A stretch of 64,000 nucleotides of DNA, taken from Takakia lepidozioides (lineage: Eukaryota > Plantae > Bryophyta). Shown piece by piece: positions 25,378 through 38,100 of the stretch. Each line of letters begins with the position of its first letter. Position 1 is the stretch's first letter. The translations under genes were made by a program, and so were the position numbers. The stretch lies in the NCBI GenBank assembly GCA_030704615.1, contig CM060734.1, positions 17,608,001 to 17,672,000 of the forward strand, in the 5' to 3' direction. The notes beneath the pieces were generated by a model. The model had not been told where the DNA came from. It saw only the letters and a program-made list of their open reading frames with translations, and ran no database searches.

Positions 25378-26033
25378 AGAAATGGGGCACCGCATTTCCA
25401 AAATTTTGGCAACTCTAAGAACCTCTTTTGGAAATGCGGCACCGCATTTCCAAAACAGGGGAGGGACTAAATTTTCCATTTCAATGTTGGCATAGTAAAA
25501 AGTAATCGGCCGATTGGAATGCGGTGCCGCATTTCCAAAATTTCCTTTGCATGGATGCCACCACGCTTACAGAGGTCGAACAAGGAGGTCGAGATGGCGG
25601 AATTGAAAATGCGGTGCCGCATTTCCATATTGGGGATGGTCGTTGTTCGAACTGCAGGCCCATCAGCAAAAATTGGCACCGCATTCCATTGTAAAAAAAA
25701 AGTCGATGACGGACATGGAAATGCGGCGCCGCATTTCCAGAACGGACATCGCAATTTGTCCATTTGCAGACCCTCTCACGGAAATGCGGTAACGCATTCC
25801 ATCGCGCTGGTCGGAAATGTCACACTTTTCGAAGTGTTGGACGGAAATGCGGCACCGCATTCCCTTGTCCAAAAAGAAGTTTCCATTGCCAAGCTGGAAA
25901 TGCGTCGCCGCATTTGCAATGCCAACCTCGTTGTCTGTCCAATTTATAGACCCGTGTTGGTATTTCGTGTACCTGGACGGAAATGATGCACCGCATTTCC
26001 TTGTCCCACATGGAAATGCGGTGCCGCATTTCG
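25378..26033. repeat. Second cluster of about 11 GGAAATGCGG-NN-CCGCATTTCC palindromes
   Basis: Copies at about 25378, 25430, 25515, 25604, 25717, 25780, 25843, 25896, 25979 and 26012. Confidence 0.9.
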
Positions 26034-26288
26034 ATGCCGACATGGCGTTACTCTGGTATATTCTTGACACATGACTCACATACCGGTTACTCTGCTATAT
26101 TCATCCGGACAGACACATTGTAGAAATGAGACATCAAATTGTAAACAGTGGGCCAATTCCGACAGTTATTCAACAGAATGAAACACAATCATACAGAAGT
26201 GAGGTACGATGGGTTTATTGATCGGACACGATGTCTCACATTTACCAACTGCAGACAAAACTAAGCCCTTCCTCCTTCTACATGGGCT

Positions 26289-26866
26289 TCACCAAGTCGA
26301 CGGAACTTCGATACCCCTCAAAACAAGCTCATCACTGCTGCGGCACCTCGAGGTAAACTGCAATTCGGTCGTTCTGCTGCCCTTGCTGGAGCCGACGACA
26401 ATGTCATGTCCATCAATGATACCACCATCATACATTGACAAGGTCACTGTGGGCCTCATGTGCCCGTGCGATTCGTCTTCGCAACTCAGCCGAATGTCTC
26501 CATACACTGGAAGAGCGGAGTGATCTGCACGTATATAGTTTTCCCCGTGCCGTCCTCCCTGGTCCACTGGCAGCAGTTCCAGCGCCAAAGCGAGGCCGTG
26601 CGTGATCTGTCCGGCATCCCTTTCCAGCTTGGTATATCGAGGTCAACAATTTTCAGGACCCACGGACCGCATTGACCCTCGCCCTCACCTCGCTCAAAGC
26701 GGTAATAGCCCTCCAGATACTCCATTGCGCGCAAAGACTCTTGCTTGATTCCAGCAGCGTCTGTGAAAACAGAGAGCCAGACAATGATGTCTCCTGATTC
26801 TGGTTTGAACATAGCATAATCGTGGCCATGATAAGGGCAGTCGGCTGGATTTCGGCGGCACGGCAT
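26289..26866 (-). CDS. Small accessory protein A (about 190 aa, unknown function; one frameshift)
   Basis: MPCRRNPADCPYHGHDYAM...WRWNCCQWT / YGDIRL...YDGGIIDGHDIVV...ELVLRGIEVP; clear paralogue of 27395-27957. Confidence 0.65.
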
Positions 26867-27394
26867 CCTTGAAAAAGAGTAGCGGAGTACGCTCAATGAC
26901 AGCAGCTCCCGGATGGAGGAGGAGCAGCGCGGTGGCTGGAAAAAGTTCAAGCTAACGCTGCAATTCCTCACAACACTCCAGGGCACATTTAAATTCCCCC
27001 CTACAGGATCCTGGACCGATGAAGATTGGCTGCTTCATGAATGTAGCCGTTTCAGTTTCCTACCCTGCCATGCAAACTATGGGCACTCACTGCCAGGTGG
27101 GCCGATAGCCACTGGACACGACGAAGTCCATCCCCTCTTCGATGTAAATGCGGCGCCGAATTTCCATCCGGGGGGATGGACTTCGGTGGCAGATCTCAAA
27201 CTATAACTTCTTGATGAGAAAGATGTATGGTTCATCCACCTCCGTCGGTGGGTACGTGGGACCCAGATGCTCCATTATTGGAGGCCGGACTGCTCTTCCG
27301 CTTCGCATCATTTCCAAAATCTAAGGGCTTCGTAGCTGTCCGCAAGGTCATTGTCATCTGCATCCAAGTCGTCCTCAGGTCCTCCTTTGCAAGG

Positions 27395-27957
27395 ATGCCG
27401 TGCTTCCGGAACCGGGACGACTGCCCATTTGGAGGCATCGATTATGCAATGTATTCGGCCACATCGGGAGACATTGTTATCTGGTACACAGATTACACAG
27501 AAGATACTGGTTCGATTGTGGAAACATTGGTGGCTTTTGAGTATATCGTAGGCCACTACGCCTTCGAGCGGGGTGACGATCTTGGTCTGAGGAGTCCGTG
27601 GCTCCTGCGCATCCTCGATTCCGATTTTCCCAGCTACGACGGTCACCCATGCAGAAGAAGGCGCACTGCTATGCTGTTGCGGTGGAACTGCTGCCACTGG
27701 ACGTGGGTGGACTCCATCGGAGAGACCTATTCTCCTCAAGGAGTGCGCTCCTCTTCTCCATTGTATGGGGACATTCGCATTGGTGTGGACGACGAAAACG
27801 TGAAGATTTCCATATTCGATGGTGGTATGATTGAAGGGCAGGACATTGTGGTGAACATCACTAGGGCGGTACAACGGCTGCAATCGACTTTACATGGAGG
27901 AGCCCCATGACTCATGAGCTAGTTCTGAGAGCAGTCGAAGTCCCATTGACAACGTGA
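27395..27957 (+). CDS. Small accessory protein B (about 187 aa, unknown function; one frameshift near the 3' end)
   Basis: MPCFRNRDDCPFGGIDYAM...LRWNCCHWT...YGDIRI...FDGGMIEGQDIVV / ELVLRAVEVP. Confidence 0.65.
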
Positions 27958-28367
27958 CTTGTATTCAGTAGGCACAGGGCTAAAGATTTGATTGCACAAT
28001 CAGCACAGTAGACGTGCTTCAAATGCAATTCATGTGGATCAATAAAACCTCATTGTGCCCTCTTTTTATTCTATTCTGTGTCCATCGTTCCTAGAATGCG
28101 TCATTGCTCATTTCGTTTGGGATTGGGAGTGTGGGTGGATTTTGCAAGTGGCTGGTAGGCTGAAATGGGCCCCCATTGTACAGAGCAGTACCACCCTACC
28201 ATTCGCGAAACATTGCCTTTCAATATATAATTCTAAATAACATTGCCGAACCTCCTTCATCGGGAGGTCCTTCTCCCCCTATGACCGTGGCACCCTAAAC
28301 CCTATTCCCGCGGACACTCATTTCCGGAAAATAGTGCTGCTCATTTTTTTTCCACACTTACGACTCT

Positions 28368-28418
28368 GCTCATGGCTCATGCCGCTCATGGCTCATGGCT
28401 CATGAAATAGCAGCCCCC
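28368..28418 (-). repeat. Right TIR with GCTCATG motifs
   Basis: GCTCATG repeats ending GCTCATGAAATAGCAGCCCCC. Confidence 0.85.
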
Positions 28419-28604
28419 TCCTGTAGAGCCGATGCTTGATGTCAGTTTTAGATACCTTATGATACGAGTGACTCCGTGTCCTTGGCTCAAGTGAGTCCAT
28501 GTTTTCTCCTGCGTTATGGCTTTGCTCTTTGTAGCACCAAAAAAATACCCAATCTTACTATGTTGCTGGAAGATGGCTTGTTTGAATCAGGGGCAGTAGA
28601 CTAC

Positions 28605-29104
28605 NNNNNNNNNNNNNNNNNNNNNNNNNNNNNNNNNNNNNNNNNNNNNNNNNNNNNNNNNNNNNNNNNNNNNNNNNNNNNNNNNNNNNNNNNNNNNNNN
28701 NNNNNNNNNNNNNNNNNNNNNNNNNNNNNNNNNNNNNNNNNNNNNNNNNNNNNNNNNNNNNNNNNNNNNNNNNNNNNNNNNNNNNNNNNNNNNNNNNNNN
28801 NNNNNNNNNNNNNNNNNNNNNNNNNNNNNNNNNNNNNNNNNNNNNNNNNNNNNNNNNNNNNNNNNNNNNNNNNNNNNNNNNNNNNNNNNNNNNNNNNNNN
28901 NNNNNNNNNNNNNNNNNNNNNNNNNNNNNNNNNNNNNNNNNNNNNNNNNNNNNNNNNNNNNNNNNNNNNNNNNNNNNNNNNNNNNNNNNNNNNNNNNNNN
29001 NNNNNNNNNNNNNNNNNNNNNNNNNNNNNNNNNNNNNNNNNNNNNNNNNNNNNNNNNNNNNNNNNNNNNNNNNNNNNNNNNNNNNNNNNNNNNNNNNNNN
29101 NNNN
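28605..29104. other. Assembly gap (500 N)
   Basis: Run of N. Confidence 1.
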
Positions 29105-32100
29105 AGATGGGCGTCAAAAACCACAACCGTTCAATGTGCATAGGCGCGTGCACGCATTGCGGATTTCTTTTTTCGCATTGACAAAAACCCAGATGACAGG
29201 AACGCCTCATTCGGACAATGGAACGATTTTTTTCGAATTGATCTCGTATTGCGCTTGGAACGTATAGAGGGTACATTGAACACACTGGCCAAGGTTGGAA
29301 AGCGAACGAAAAAAGCATTTGGATGGGCAACCATCCGTTTGGCCCATTGAACGAATTTCGATTGATCTCATATTACCCTGGTCCTCTTACATGGCACATA
29401 GTGCCAAGTCTAAAAGCCAACCAAATCATTTCGATGGCCAACATCCGTTGAGCATCGAATGAATTTTCGATCGATCTGATATTAGTCCGGGACCTGTGGA
29501 GAGGGTGTCTGAACGTGCTGGCAAGTTTGGAAGCTAACAAATGATTTGGATGGGCAACCGTCCGTTCACCCGTGAATGTATTCTGTTGGAGCTGCTATTG
29601 CTTTTGGGACCTGTTGGACTGTGTTTCGCGTGCTCACTTTGTTTTTCATCCCGTTTTTGAATGGGGCGTGTAATGTAGCCATATGCAATGTGCGTGCCGA
29701 ATTTGGGAGCGATCAAAATTCATTTGGACCCAAACCACAGTTTCTTCCCTTTGTTTTGCACTCCAAACTTGATTTGTGTTCTACTTCATGCACTCTTCAT
29801 AGAGAGTTCTGCAATAGTGAGCGAAAGAGAACACCTTTTTTGGGGGGGCATTCTGATTGGTCCAAATTTTGGCGGGGAGTAGCCGTGGGATGCCGGAAGC
29901 CGCAGAACAAAATTGAGCCGAAAACAAAAATCTACGTGCCAGAAACCCCCGCTGAAAGCAGTGCAAACCTATTTATTGGCTTAAAATAAATTTAAATTCA
30001 ATTAAATATGTGGAATGGCTTGAGGGGGAGCGCGTCGATGGGGAGGCAAATGATTTATTCGTCTGTTGTGTCTCCGCACATGTGTCGCGCACACGTTCAA
30101 GCACGTGCGGGCAAAAGAGGGGCTTCAACCACAACCGTTCAATGGGTGCAATAGCCGTGCACGCATTGCAGGATTTCTTTTTCGCATTGAACAAAAACCA
30201 GATGACAAGTGAACGCCTCATTGGACAATGGAACGTTTTCGATTGATCTCGTATTACGCTGGGACGTATCAGAGGGTACATTGAACACACTGGCCAATTT
30301 TGAAAGCGAACGAAAAATCATTTGGATGGGCAACCATCCGTTGGCCCATTGAACGAATTTCGATTGATCTCATATTACCCTGGGGCCTCTTACATGGCAC
30401 ATAGTGGCCAAGTCTCAAAGCCAACCAAAATCATTTCGATGGCCACCATCCGTTGAGCCATCGAATGAATTTTCGATCGATCTGATATTAGTCCGGGACC
30501 TGTGAGAGGGTGTCTGGAACGTGCTGGCAAAGTTTGGAAGCTAACAAAAATGATTTGGATGGGCAACCGTCCGTTCACCCGTTGAATGTATTCTGTTGGA
30601 GCTGCTATTGCTTTGGACCTGTTGGACTGTGTTTTCGCGTGCTCACGATTTGTTTTTCATCCCGTTTTTGAATGGGGCGTGTAATGTAGCCATATGCAAT
30701 GTGCGTGCCGAATTTGGGAGCGATCAAAATTCATTTGGACCCAAAACCACAGTTTCTTCCCTGTTTTGCACTCCAAACTTGATTTGTGTTCTACTTCACT
30801 TCATGCACTCTTCATAGAGAGTTCTGCAATAGTGAGCGAAAGAGAACACCTTTTTTGGGGGGCATTCTTGATTGGTCCAAATTTTGGCGGGGGAGTAGCC
30901 GTGGGATGCCGGAAGCCGCAGAACAAAATTGAGCCGAAAACAAAATCGATACGTGCCAGAAACCCCGCTGAAAGGCAGTGCAAACCTATTTATTGGCTTA
31001 AAATAAATTTAAATTCAATTAAATATGTGGAATGGCTTGAGGGGGGAGCGCGTCGATGGGAGGCAAATGATTTATTCGTCTGTTGTGTCTCCGCACATGT
31101 GTCGCGCACACGTTCAAGCACGTGCGGGCAAAGAGGGGCTTCAACCACAACCGTTCAATGGGTGCAATAGCCGTGCACGCATTGCAGGATTTCTTTTTCG
31201 CATTGAACAAAAACCAGATGACAAGTGAACGCCTCATTGGACAATGGAACGATTTTCGATTGATCTCGTATTACGCTGGGACGTATCAGAGGGTACATTG
31301 AACACACCCGGCCAAGGTTTGAAAGCGAACGAAAAATCATTTGGATGGGCAACCATCCGTTGGCCCATTGAACGAATTTCGATTGATCTCATATTACCCT
31401 GGGGCCTCTTACATGGCACATAGTGGCCAAGTCTCAAAGCCAACCAAAATCATTTCGATGGCCAACCATCCGTTGAGCCATCGAATGAATTTTTCGATCG
31501 ATCTGATATTAGTCCGGGACCTGTGAGAGGGTGTCTGGAACGTGCTGGCAAAGTTTGGAAGCTAACAAAAATGATTTGGATGGGCAACCGTCCGTTCACC
31601 CGTTGAATGTATTCTGTTGGAGCTGCTATTGCTTTGGGACCTGTTGGACTGTGTTTCGCGTGCTCACGATTTGTTTTTCATCCCGTTTTTGAATGGGGCG
31701 TGTAATGTAGCCATATGCAATGTGCGTGCCGAATTGGGAGCGATCAAAATTCATTTGGACCCAAAACCACAGTTTCTTCCCTGTTTTGCACTCCAAACTT
31801 GATTTGTGGTCTACTTATGGACACTTCTCAGAGAGAGATCCTGCAATAGTGAGCGAACAGAGACACCTTTTTTGGGGGGCATTCTGATTGGTCCCAATTT
31901 TGGCGGGGGGGGGAGTAGCCGGGGGATGTGGAAGCCGCGCATTGCAGGTTTTCTTTTTCGCATTGAACAAAAACAAGAGATGACAAGTGAACGCCTCAGG
32001 GACAATGGAACGCTTTTCGATTGATCTCGTATTACGCTGGGACGTATCAGAGGGTACATTGAACACAATGGCCAAGGTTTTGAAAGCAACGAAAAAATCA

Positions 32101-35100
32101 TTGGATGGGCAACCATCCGTGGCCCATGAACTTATTTCGATTGATCTCAGATTACCCTGGGGCCTCTTACATGGCACATAGTGGCCAAGTCTCAAAGCCA
32201 ACCAAAATCATTTCGATGGCCAACCATCCGTTGAGCCATCGAATGAATTTCGATCGATCTGATATTAGTCCGGGACCTGTGAGAGGGTGTCTGGAACGTG
32301 CTGGCAAAGTTTGGAAGCTAACAAAAATGATTTGGATGGGCAACCATCCGTTCACCCGTTGGAGTTGTATTCTGTTGGAGCTGCTATTGCTTTGGGACCT
32401 GTTGGACTGTGTTTCGCGTGCTCACGATGTGTTTTTCATCCCGTTTTTGAATGGGGAGGTGTAATGTAGCCAATGCAATGTGCGTGCCGAATTTGGGAGC
32501 GATCAAAATTCCATTTGGACCCAAAACCACAGTTTCTTCCCTGTTTTGCACTCCAAACTTGATTTGTGTTCTACTTCATGCACTCTTCATAGAGAGTGCG
32601 CAATAGTGAGCGAAAGAGAACACCTTTTTTGGGGGGGCATTCTTGATTGGTCCAAATTTTGGCGGGGAGTGGAGTAGCCGTGGGATGCTGGAAGCCGCAG
32701 AACAAAATTGAGCCGAAAACAAAATCGATACGTGCCAGAGAAACCCCCGCTGAAAGGCAGTGCAAACCTATTTATTGGCTTAAATAAATTTAAATTCAAT
32801 GAATATGTGGAATGGCTTGAGGGGGGGCGTCGATGGGAGGCGAGGCAAATGTTTATCGTCTGTTGTGTCTCCGCACATGTGTCGCGCACACGTTCAAGCA
32901 CGTGCGGGCAAAGAGGGGCTTCAAACCACAACCGTTCAATGGGTGCAATAGCCGTGCACGCATTGCAGGATTCTTTTTCGCATGAACAAAAACCAGATGA
33001 CAAGTGAACGCCTCATTGGACAATGGAACGATTTTCGATTGATCTCGTATTACGCTGGGACGTATCAGAGGGTACATTGAACACACTGGCAAGGTTTGAA
33101 AGCGAACGAAAAAATCATTTGGATGGGCAACCATCCGTTGGCCCATTGAACGAATTTCGATTGATCTCATATTACCCTGGGGCCTCTTACATGGCACATA
33201 GTGGCCAAGTCTCAAAGCCAACCAAAATCATTTCGATGGCCAACCATCGTTGAGCCATCGAATGAATTTCGATCGATCTGATATTAGTCCGGGACCTGTG
33301 AGAGGGTGTCTGGAACGTGCTGGCAAAGTTTGGAAGCTAACAAAATGATTTGGATGGGCAACCGTCCGTTCACCCGTTGAATGTATTCTGTTGGAGCTGC
33401 TATGCTGGGGACCTGTTGGACTGTGTTTCGCGTGCTCACGATTTGTTTTTCATCCCGTTTTGAGTGGGGCGTGTAATGTAGCCATATGCAATGTGCGTGC
33501 CGATTTGGGAGCGATCAAAATTCATTTGGACCCAAAACCACAGTTTCTTCCCTGTTTTGCACTCCAAACTTGATTTGTGTTCTACTTCATGCACTCTTCA
33601 TAGAGAGTTCTGCAATAGTGAGCGAAAGAGAACACCTTTTTTGGGGGGGGCATTCTTGATTGGTCCAAATTTGGCGGGGGAGTAGCCGTGGGATGCTGGA
33701 AGCCCGCAGAACAAAATTGAGCCGAAAACAAAATCGATACGTGCCAGAAACCCCCGCTGAAAGGCAGTGCAACCTATTTATTGGCTTAAATATTTAAATT
33801 CAATTGAATATGTGGAATGGCTTGAGGGGGGAGCGCGTCGATGGGGAGGCAAATGATTTATTCGTCTGTTGGTCTCCGCACATGTTGTCGCGCACACGTT
33901 CAAGCACGTGCGGGCAAAAGAGGGGCTTCAACCACAACCGTTCTTCAATGGGTGCAATAGCCGTGCATGCATTGCAGGATTTCTTTTTCGCATTGAACAA
34001 AAACCAGATGACAAGTGAACGCCTCATTGGACAATGGAACGATTTTCGATTGATCTCGTATTACGCTGGGACGTATCAGAGGGTACATTGAAACACACTG
34101 GCCAAGGTTTGAAAGCGAACGAAAAATCATTTGGATGGGCAACCATCCGTTGGCCCATTGAACGAATTTCGATTGATCTCATATTACCCTGGGGTCTTAC
34201 ATGGCACATAGTGGCCAAGTCTCAAAGCCAACCAAAATCATTTCGATGGCCAACCATCCGTTGAGCCATCGAATGAATTTTCGATCGATCTGATATTAGT
34301 CCGGGACCTGTGAGAGGGTGTCTGGAACGTGCTGGCAAAGTTTGGAAGCTAACAAAAATGATTTGGATGGGCAACCATCCGTTCACCCGTTGAATGTATT
34401 CTGTTGGAGCTGCTATTGCTTTGGGACCTGTTGGACTGTGTTTCGCGTGCTCACGATTTGTTTTTCATCCCGTTTTTGAGTGGGGCGTGTAATGTAGCCA
34501 TATGCAATGTGCGTGCCGAATTTGGGAGCGATCAAAATTCATTTGGACCCAAAACCACAGTTTCTTCCCTGTTTTGCACTCCAACTTGATTTGTGTTCTA
34601 CTTCATGCACTCTTCATAGAGAGTTCTGCAATAGTGAGCGAAAGAGAACACCTTTTTTGGGGGGGGCATTCTTGATTGGTCCAAATTTTGGCGGGGGAGT
34701 AGCCGTGGGATGCTGGAAGCCGCAGAACAAAATTGAGCCGAAAACAAATCGATACGTGCCAGAAACCCCCGCTGAAAGGCAGTGCAAACCTATTTATTGG
34801 CTTAAAATAAATTTAAATTCAATTAAATATGTGGAATGGCTTGAGGGGGGAGCGCGTCGATGGGGAGGCAAATGATTTATTCGTCTGTTGTGTCTCCGCA
34901 CATGTGTCGCGCACACGTTCAAGCACGTGCGGGCAAAAGAGGGGCTTCAACCACAACCGTTCAATGGGTGCAATAGCCGTGCATGCATTGCAGGATTTCT
35001 TTTTCGCATTGAACAAAACCAGATGACAAGTGAACGCCTCATTGGACAATGGAACGATTTTCGATTGATCTCGTATTACGCTGGGACGTATCAGAGGGTA

Positions 35101-38100
35101 CATTGAACACACTGGCCAAGGTTTGAAAGCGAACGAAAAATCATTTGGATGGGCAACCATCCGTTGGCCCATTGAACGAATTTCGATTGATCTCATATTA
35201 CCCTGGGGCCTCTTACATGGCACATAGTGGCCAAGTCTCAAAGCCAACCAAAATCATTTCGATGGCCAACCATCCGTTGAGCCATCGAATGAATCTTCGA
35301 TCGATCTGATATTAGTCCGGGACCTGTGAGAGGGTGTCTGGATCGTGCTGGCAAAGTTGGAAGCTAACAAAAATGATTTGGATGGGCAACCATCCGTTCA
35401 CCCGTTGAATGTATTCTGTTGGAGCTGCTATTGCTTTGGGACCTGTTTGGACTGTGTTTCGCGTGCTCACGATTGTTTTTCATCCCGTTTTTGAATGGGG
35501 CGTGTAATGTGCCATATGCAATGTGCGTGCCGAATTTGGGAGCGATCAAATTCATTTGGACCCAAAACCACAGTTTCTTCCCTGTTTTGCACTCCAAACT
35601 TGATTTGTGTTCTACTTCATGCACTCTTCATAGGAGAGTCCTGCAATAGTGAGCGAAAGAGAACACCTTTTTTGGGGGGGCATTCTTGATTGGTCCAACT
35701 TTTGGCGGGGGAGTAGCCGTGGGATGCTGGAAGCCGCCAGACAAAAATTGAGCCGAAAACAAAATCGATACGTGCCAGAAACCCCCGCTGAAAGGCAGTG
35801 CAAACCTATTTATTGGCTTAAAATAAATTTAAATTCAATTAATATGTGGAATGGCTTGAGGGGGGAGAGCGCGTCGATGGGGAGGCAAATGATTTATTCG
35901 TCTGTTGTGTCTCCGCACATGTGTCGCGCACACGTTCAAGCACGTGCGGGCAAAAGAGGGGCTTCAACCACAACCGTTCAATGGGTGCAATAGCCGTGCA
36001 CGCATTGCAGGATTTCTTTTTCGCATTGAACAAAAACCAGATGACAAGTGAACGCCTCATTGGACAATGGAACGATTTTCGATTGATCTCGTATTACGCT
36101 GGGACGTATCAGAGGGTACATTGAACACACCGGCCAAGGTTTGAAAGCGAACGAAAAATCATTTGGATGGGCAACCATCCGTTGGCCCATTGAACGAATT
36201 TCGATTGATCTCATATTACCCTGGGGCCTCTTACATGGCACATAGTGGCCAAGTCTCAAAGCCAACCAAAATCATTTCAATGGCCAACCATCCGTTGAGC
36301 CATCGAATGAATTTTCGATCGATCAAATATTAGTCCGGGACCTGTGAGAGGGTGTCTGGAACGTGCTGGCAAAGTTTGGAAGCTAACAAAAATGATTTGG
36401 ATGGGCAACCATCCGTTCACCCGTTGAATGTATTCTGTTGGAGCTGCTATTGCTTTGGGACCTGTTGGACTGTGTTTCGCGTGCTCAAGATTTGTTTTTC
36501 ATCCCGTTTTTGAATGGGGCGTGGAATGTAGCCATATGCAATGTGCGTGCCGAATTTGGGAGCGATCAAAATTCATTTGGACCCAAAACCACAGTTTCTT
36601 CCCTGTTTTGCACTCCAAACTTGATTTGTGTTCTACTTCATGCACTCTTCATAGAGAGTCCTGCAATAGTGAGCGAAAGAGAACACCTTTTTTGGGGGGG
36701 CATTCTTGATTGGTCCAAATTTTGGCGGGGGAGTAGCCGTGGGATGCTGGAAGCCGCGCATTGCAGGTTTTCTTTTTCGCATTGAACAAAAACCAGATGA
36801 CAAGTGAACGCCTCATTGGACAATGGAACGATTTTCGATTGATCTCGTATTACGCTGGGACGTATCAGAGGGTACATTGAACACACTGGCCAAGGTTTGA
36901 AAGCGAACGAAAAATCATTTGGATGGGCAACCATCCGTTGGCCCATTGAACGAATTTCGATTGATCTCATATTACCCTGGGGCCTCTTACATGGCACATA
37001 GTGGCCAAGTCTCAAAGCCAACCAAAATCATTTCGATGGCCAACCATCCGTTGAGCCATCGAATGAATTTTCGATCGATCTGATATTAGTCCGGGACCTG
37101 TGAGAGGGTGTCTGGAACGTGCTGGCAAAGTTTGGAAGCTAACAAAAATGATTTGGATGGGCAACCGTCCGTTCACCCGTTGAATGTATTCTGTTGGAGC
37201 TGCTATTGCTTTGGGACCTGTTGGACTGTGTTTCGCGTGCTCACGATTTGTTTTTCATCCCGTTTTTGAATGGGGCGTGTAATGTAGCCATATGCAATGT
37301 GCGTGCCGAATTTGGGAGCGATCAAAATTCATTTGGACCCAAAACCACAGTTTCTTCCCTGTTTTGCACTCCAAACTTGATTTGTGTTCTACTTCATGCA
37401 CTCTTCATAGAGAGTTCTGCAATAGTGAGCGAAAGAGAACACCTTTTTTGGGGGGGCATTCTTGATTGGTCCAAATTTTGGCGGGGAGTAGCCGTGGGAT
37501 GCTGGAAGCCGCAGAACAAAATTGAGCCGAAAACAAAATCGATACGTGCCAGAAACCCCCGCTGAAAGGCAGTGCAAACCTATTTATTGGCTTAAAATAA
37601 ATTTAAATTCAATTAAATATGTGGAATGGCTTGAGGGGGGAGCGCGTCGATGGGGAGGCAAATGATTTATTCGTCTGTTGTGTCTCCGCACATGTGTCGC
37701 GCACACGTTCAAGCACGTGCGGGCAAAAGAGGGGCTTCAACCACAACCGTTCAATGGGTGCAATAGCCGTGCACGCATTGCAGGATTTCTTTTTCGCATT
37801 GAACAAAAACCAGATGACAAGTGAACGCCTCATTGGACAATGGAACGATTTTCGATTGATCTCGTATTACGCTGGGACGTATCAGAGGGTACATTGAACA
37901 CACTGGCCAAGGTTTGAAAGCGAACGAAAAATCATTTGGATGGGCAACCATCCGTTGGCCCATTGAACGAATTTCGATTGATCTCATATTACCCTGGGGC
38001 CTCTTACATGGCACATAGTGGCCAAGTCTCAAAGCCAACCAAAATCATTTCGATGGCCAACCATCCGTTGAGCCATCGAATGAATTTTCGATCGATCTGA

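Larger units (their letters stand above)
13288..28418. mobile_element. 15.1-kb Mutator-like (MULE) DNA transposon carrying ParB-MTase and small accessory genes (element 1)
   Basis: TSD TCCTGTAG at 13280-13287 and 28419-28426, with the empty site at 9877-9884. TIRs GAGGTTTACTATTTCATGAGC and GCTCATGAAATAGCAGCCCCC. MULE-type DDE transposase inside. Confidence 0.92.
12389..28604. repeat. 3403-bp repeat, copy 2 (12389-13287 and 28419-28604), split by the MULE insertion and ending at a gap
   Basis: Matches copy 1 up to TCCTGTAG (13287) and resumes after 28418 with TCCTGTAG..GCCGATG..GTCAGTTTTAGATACC. Confidence 0.9.
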
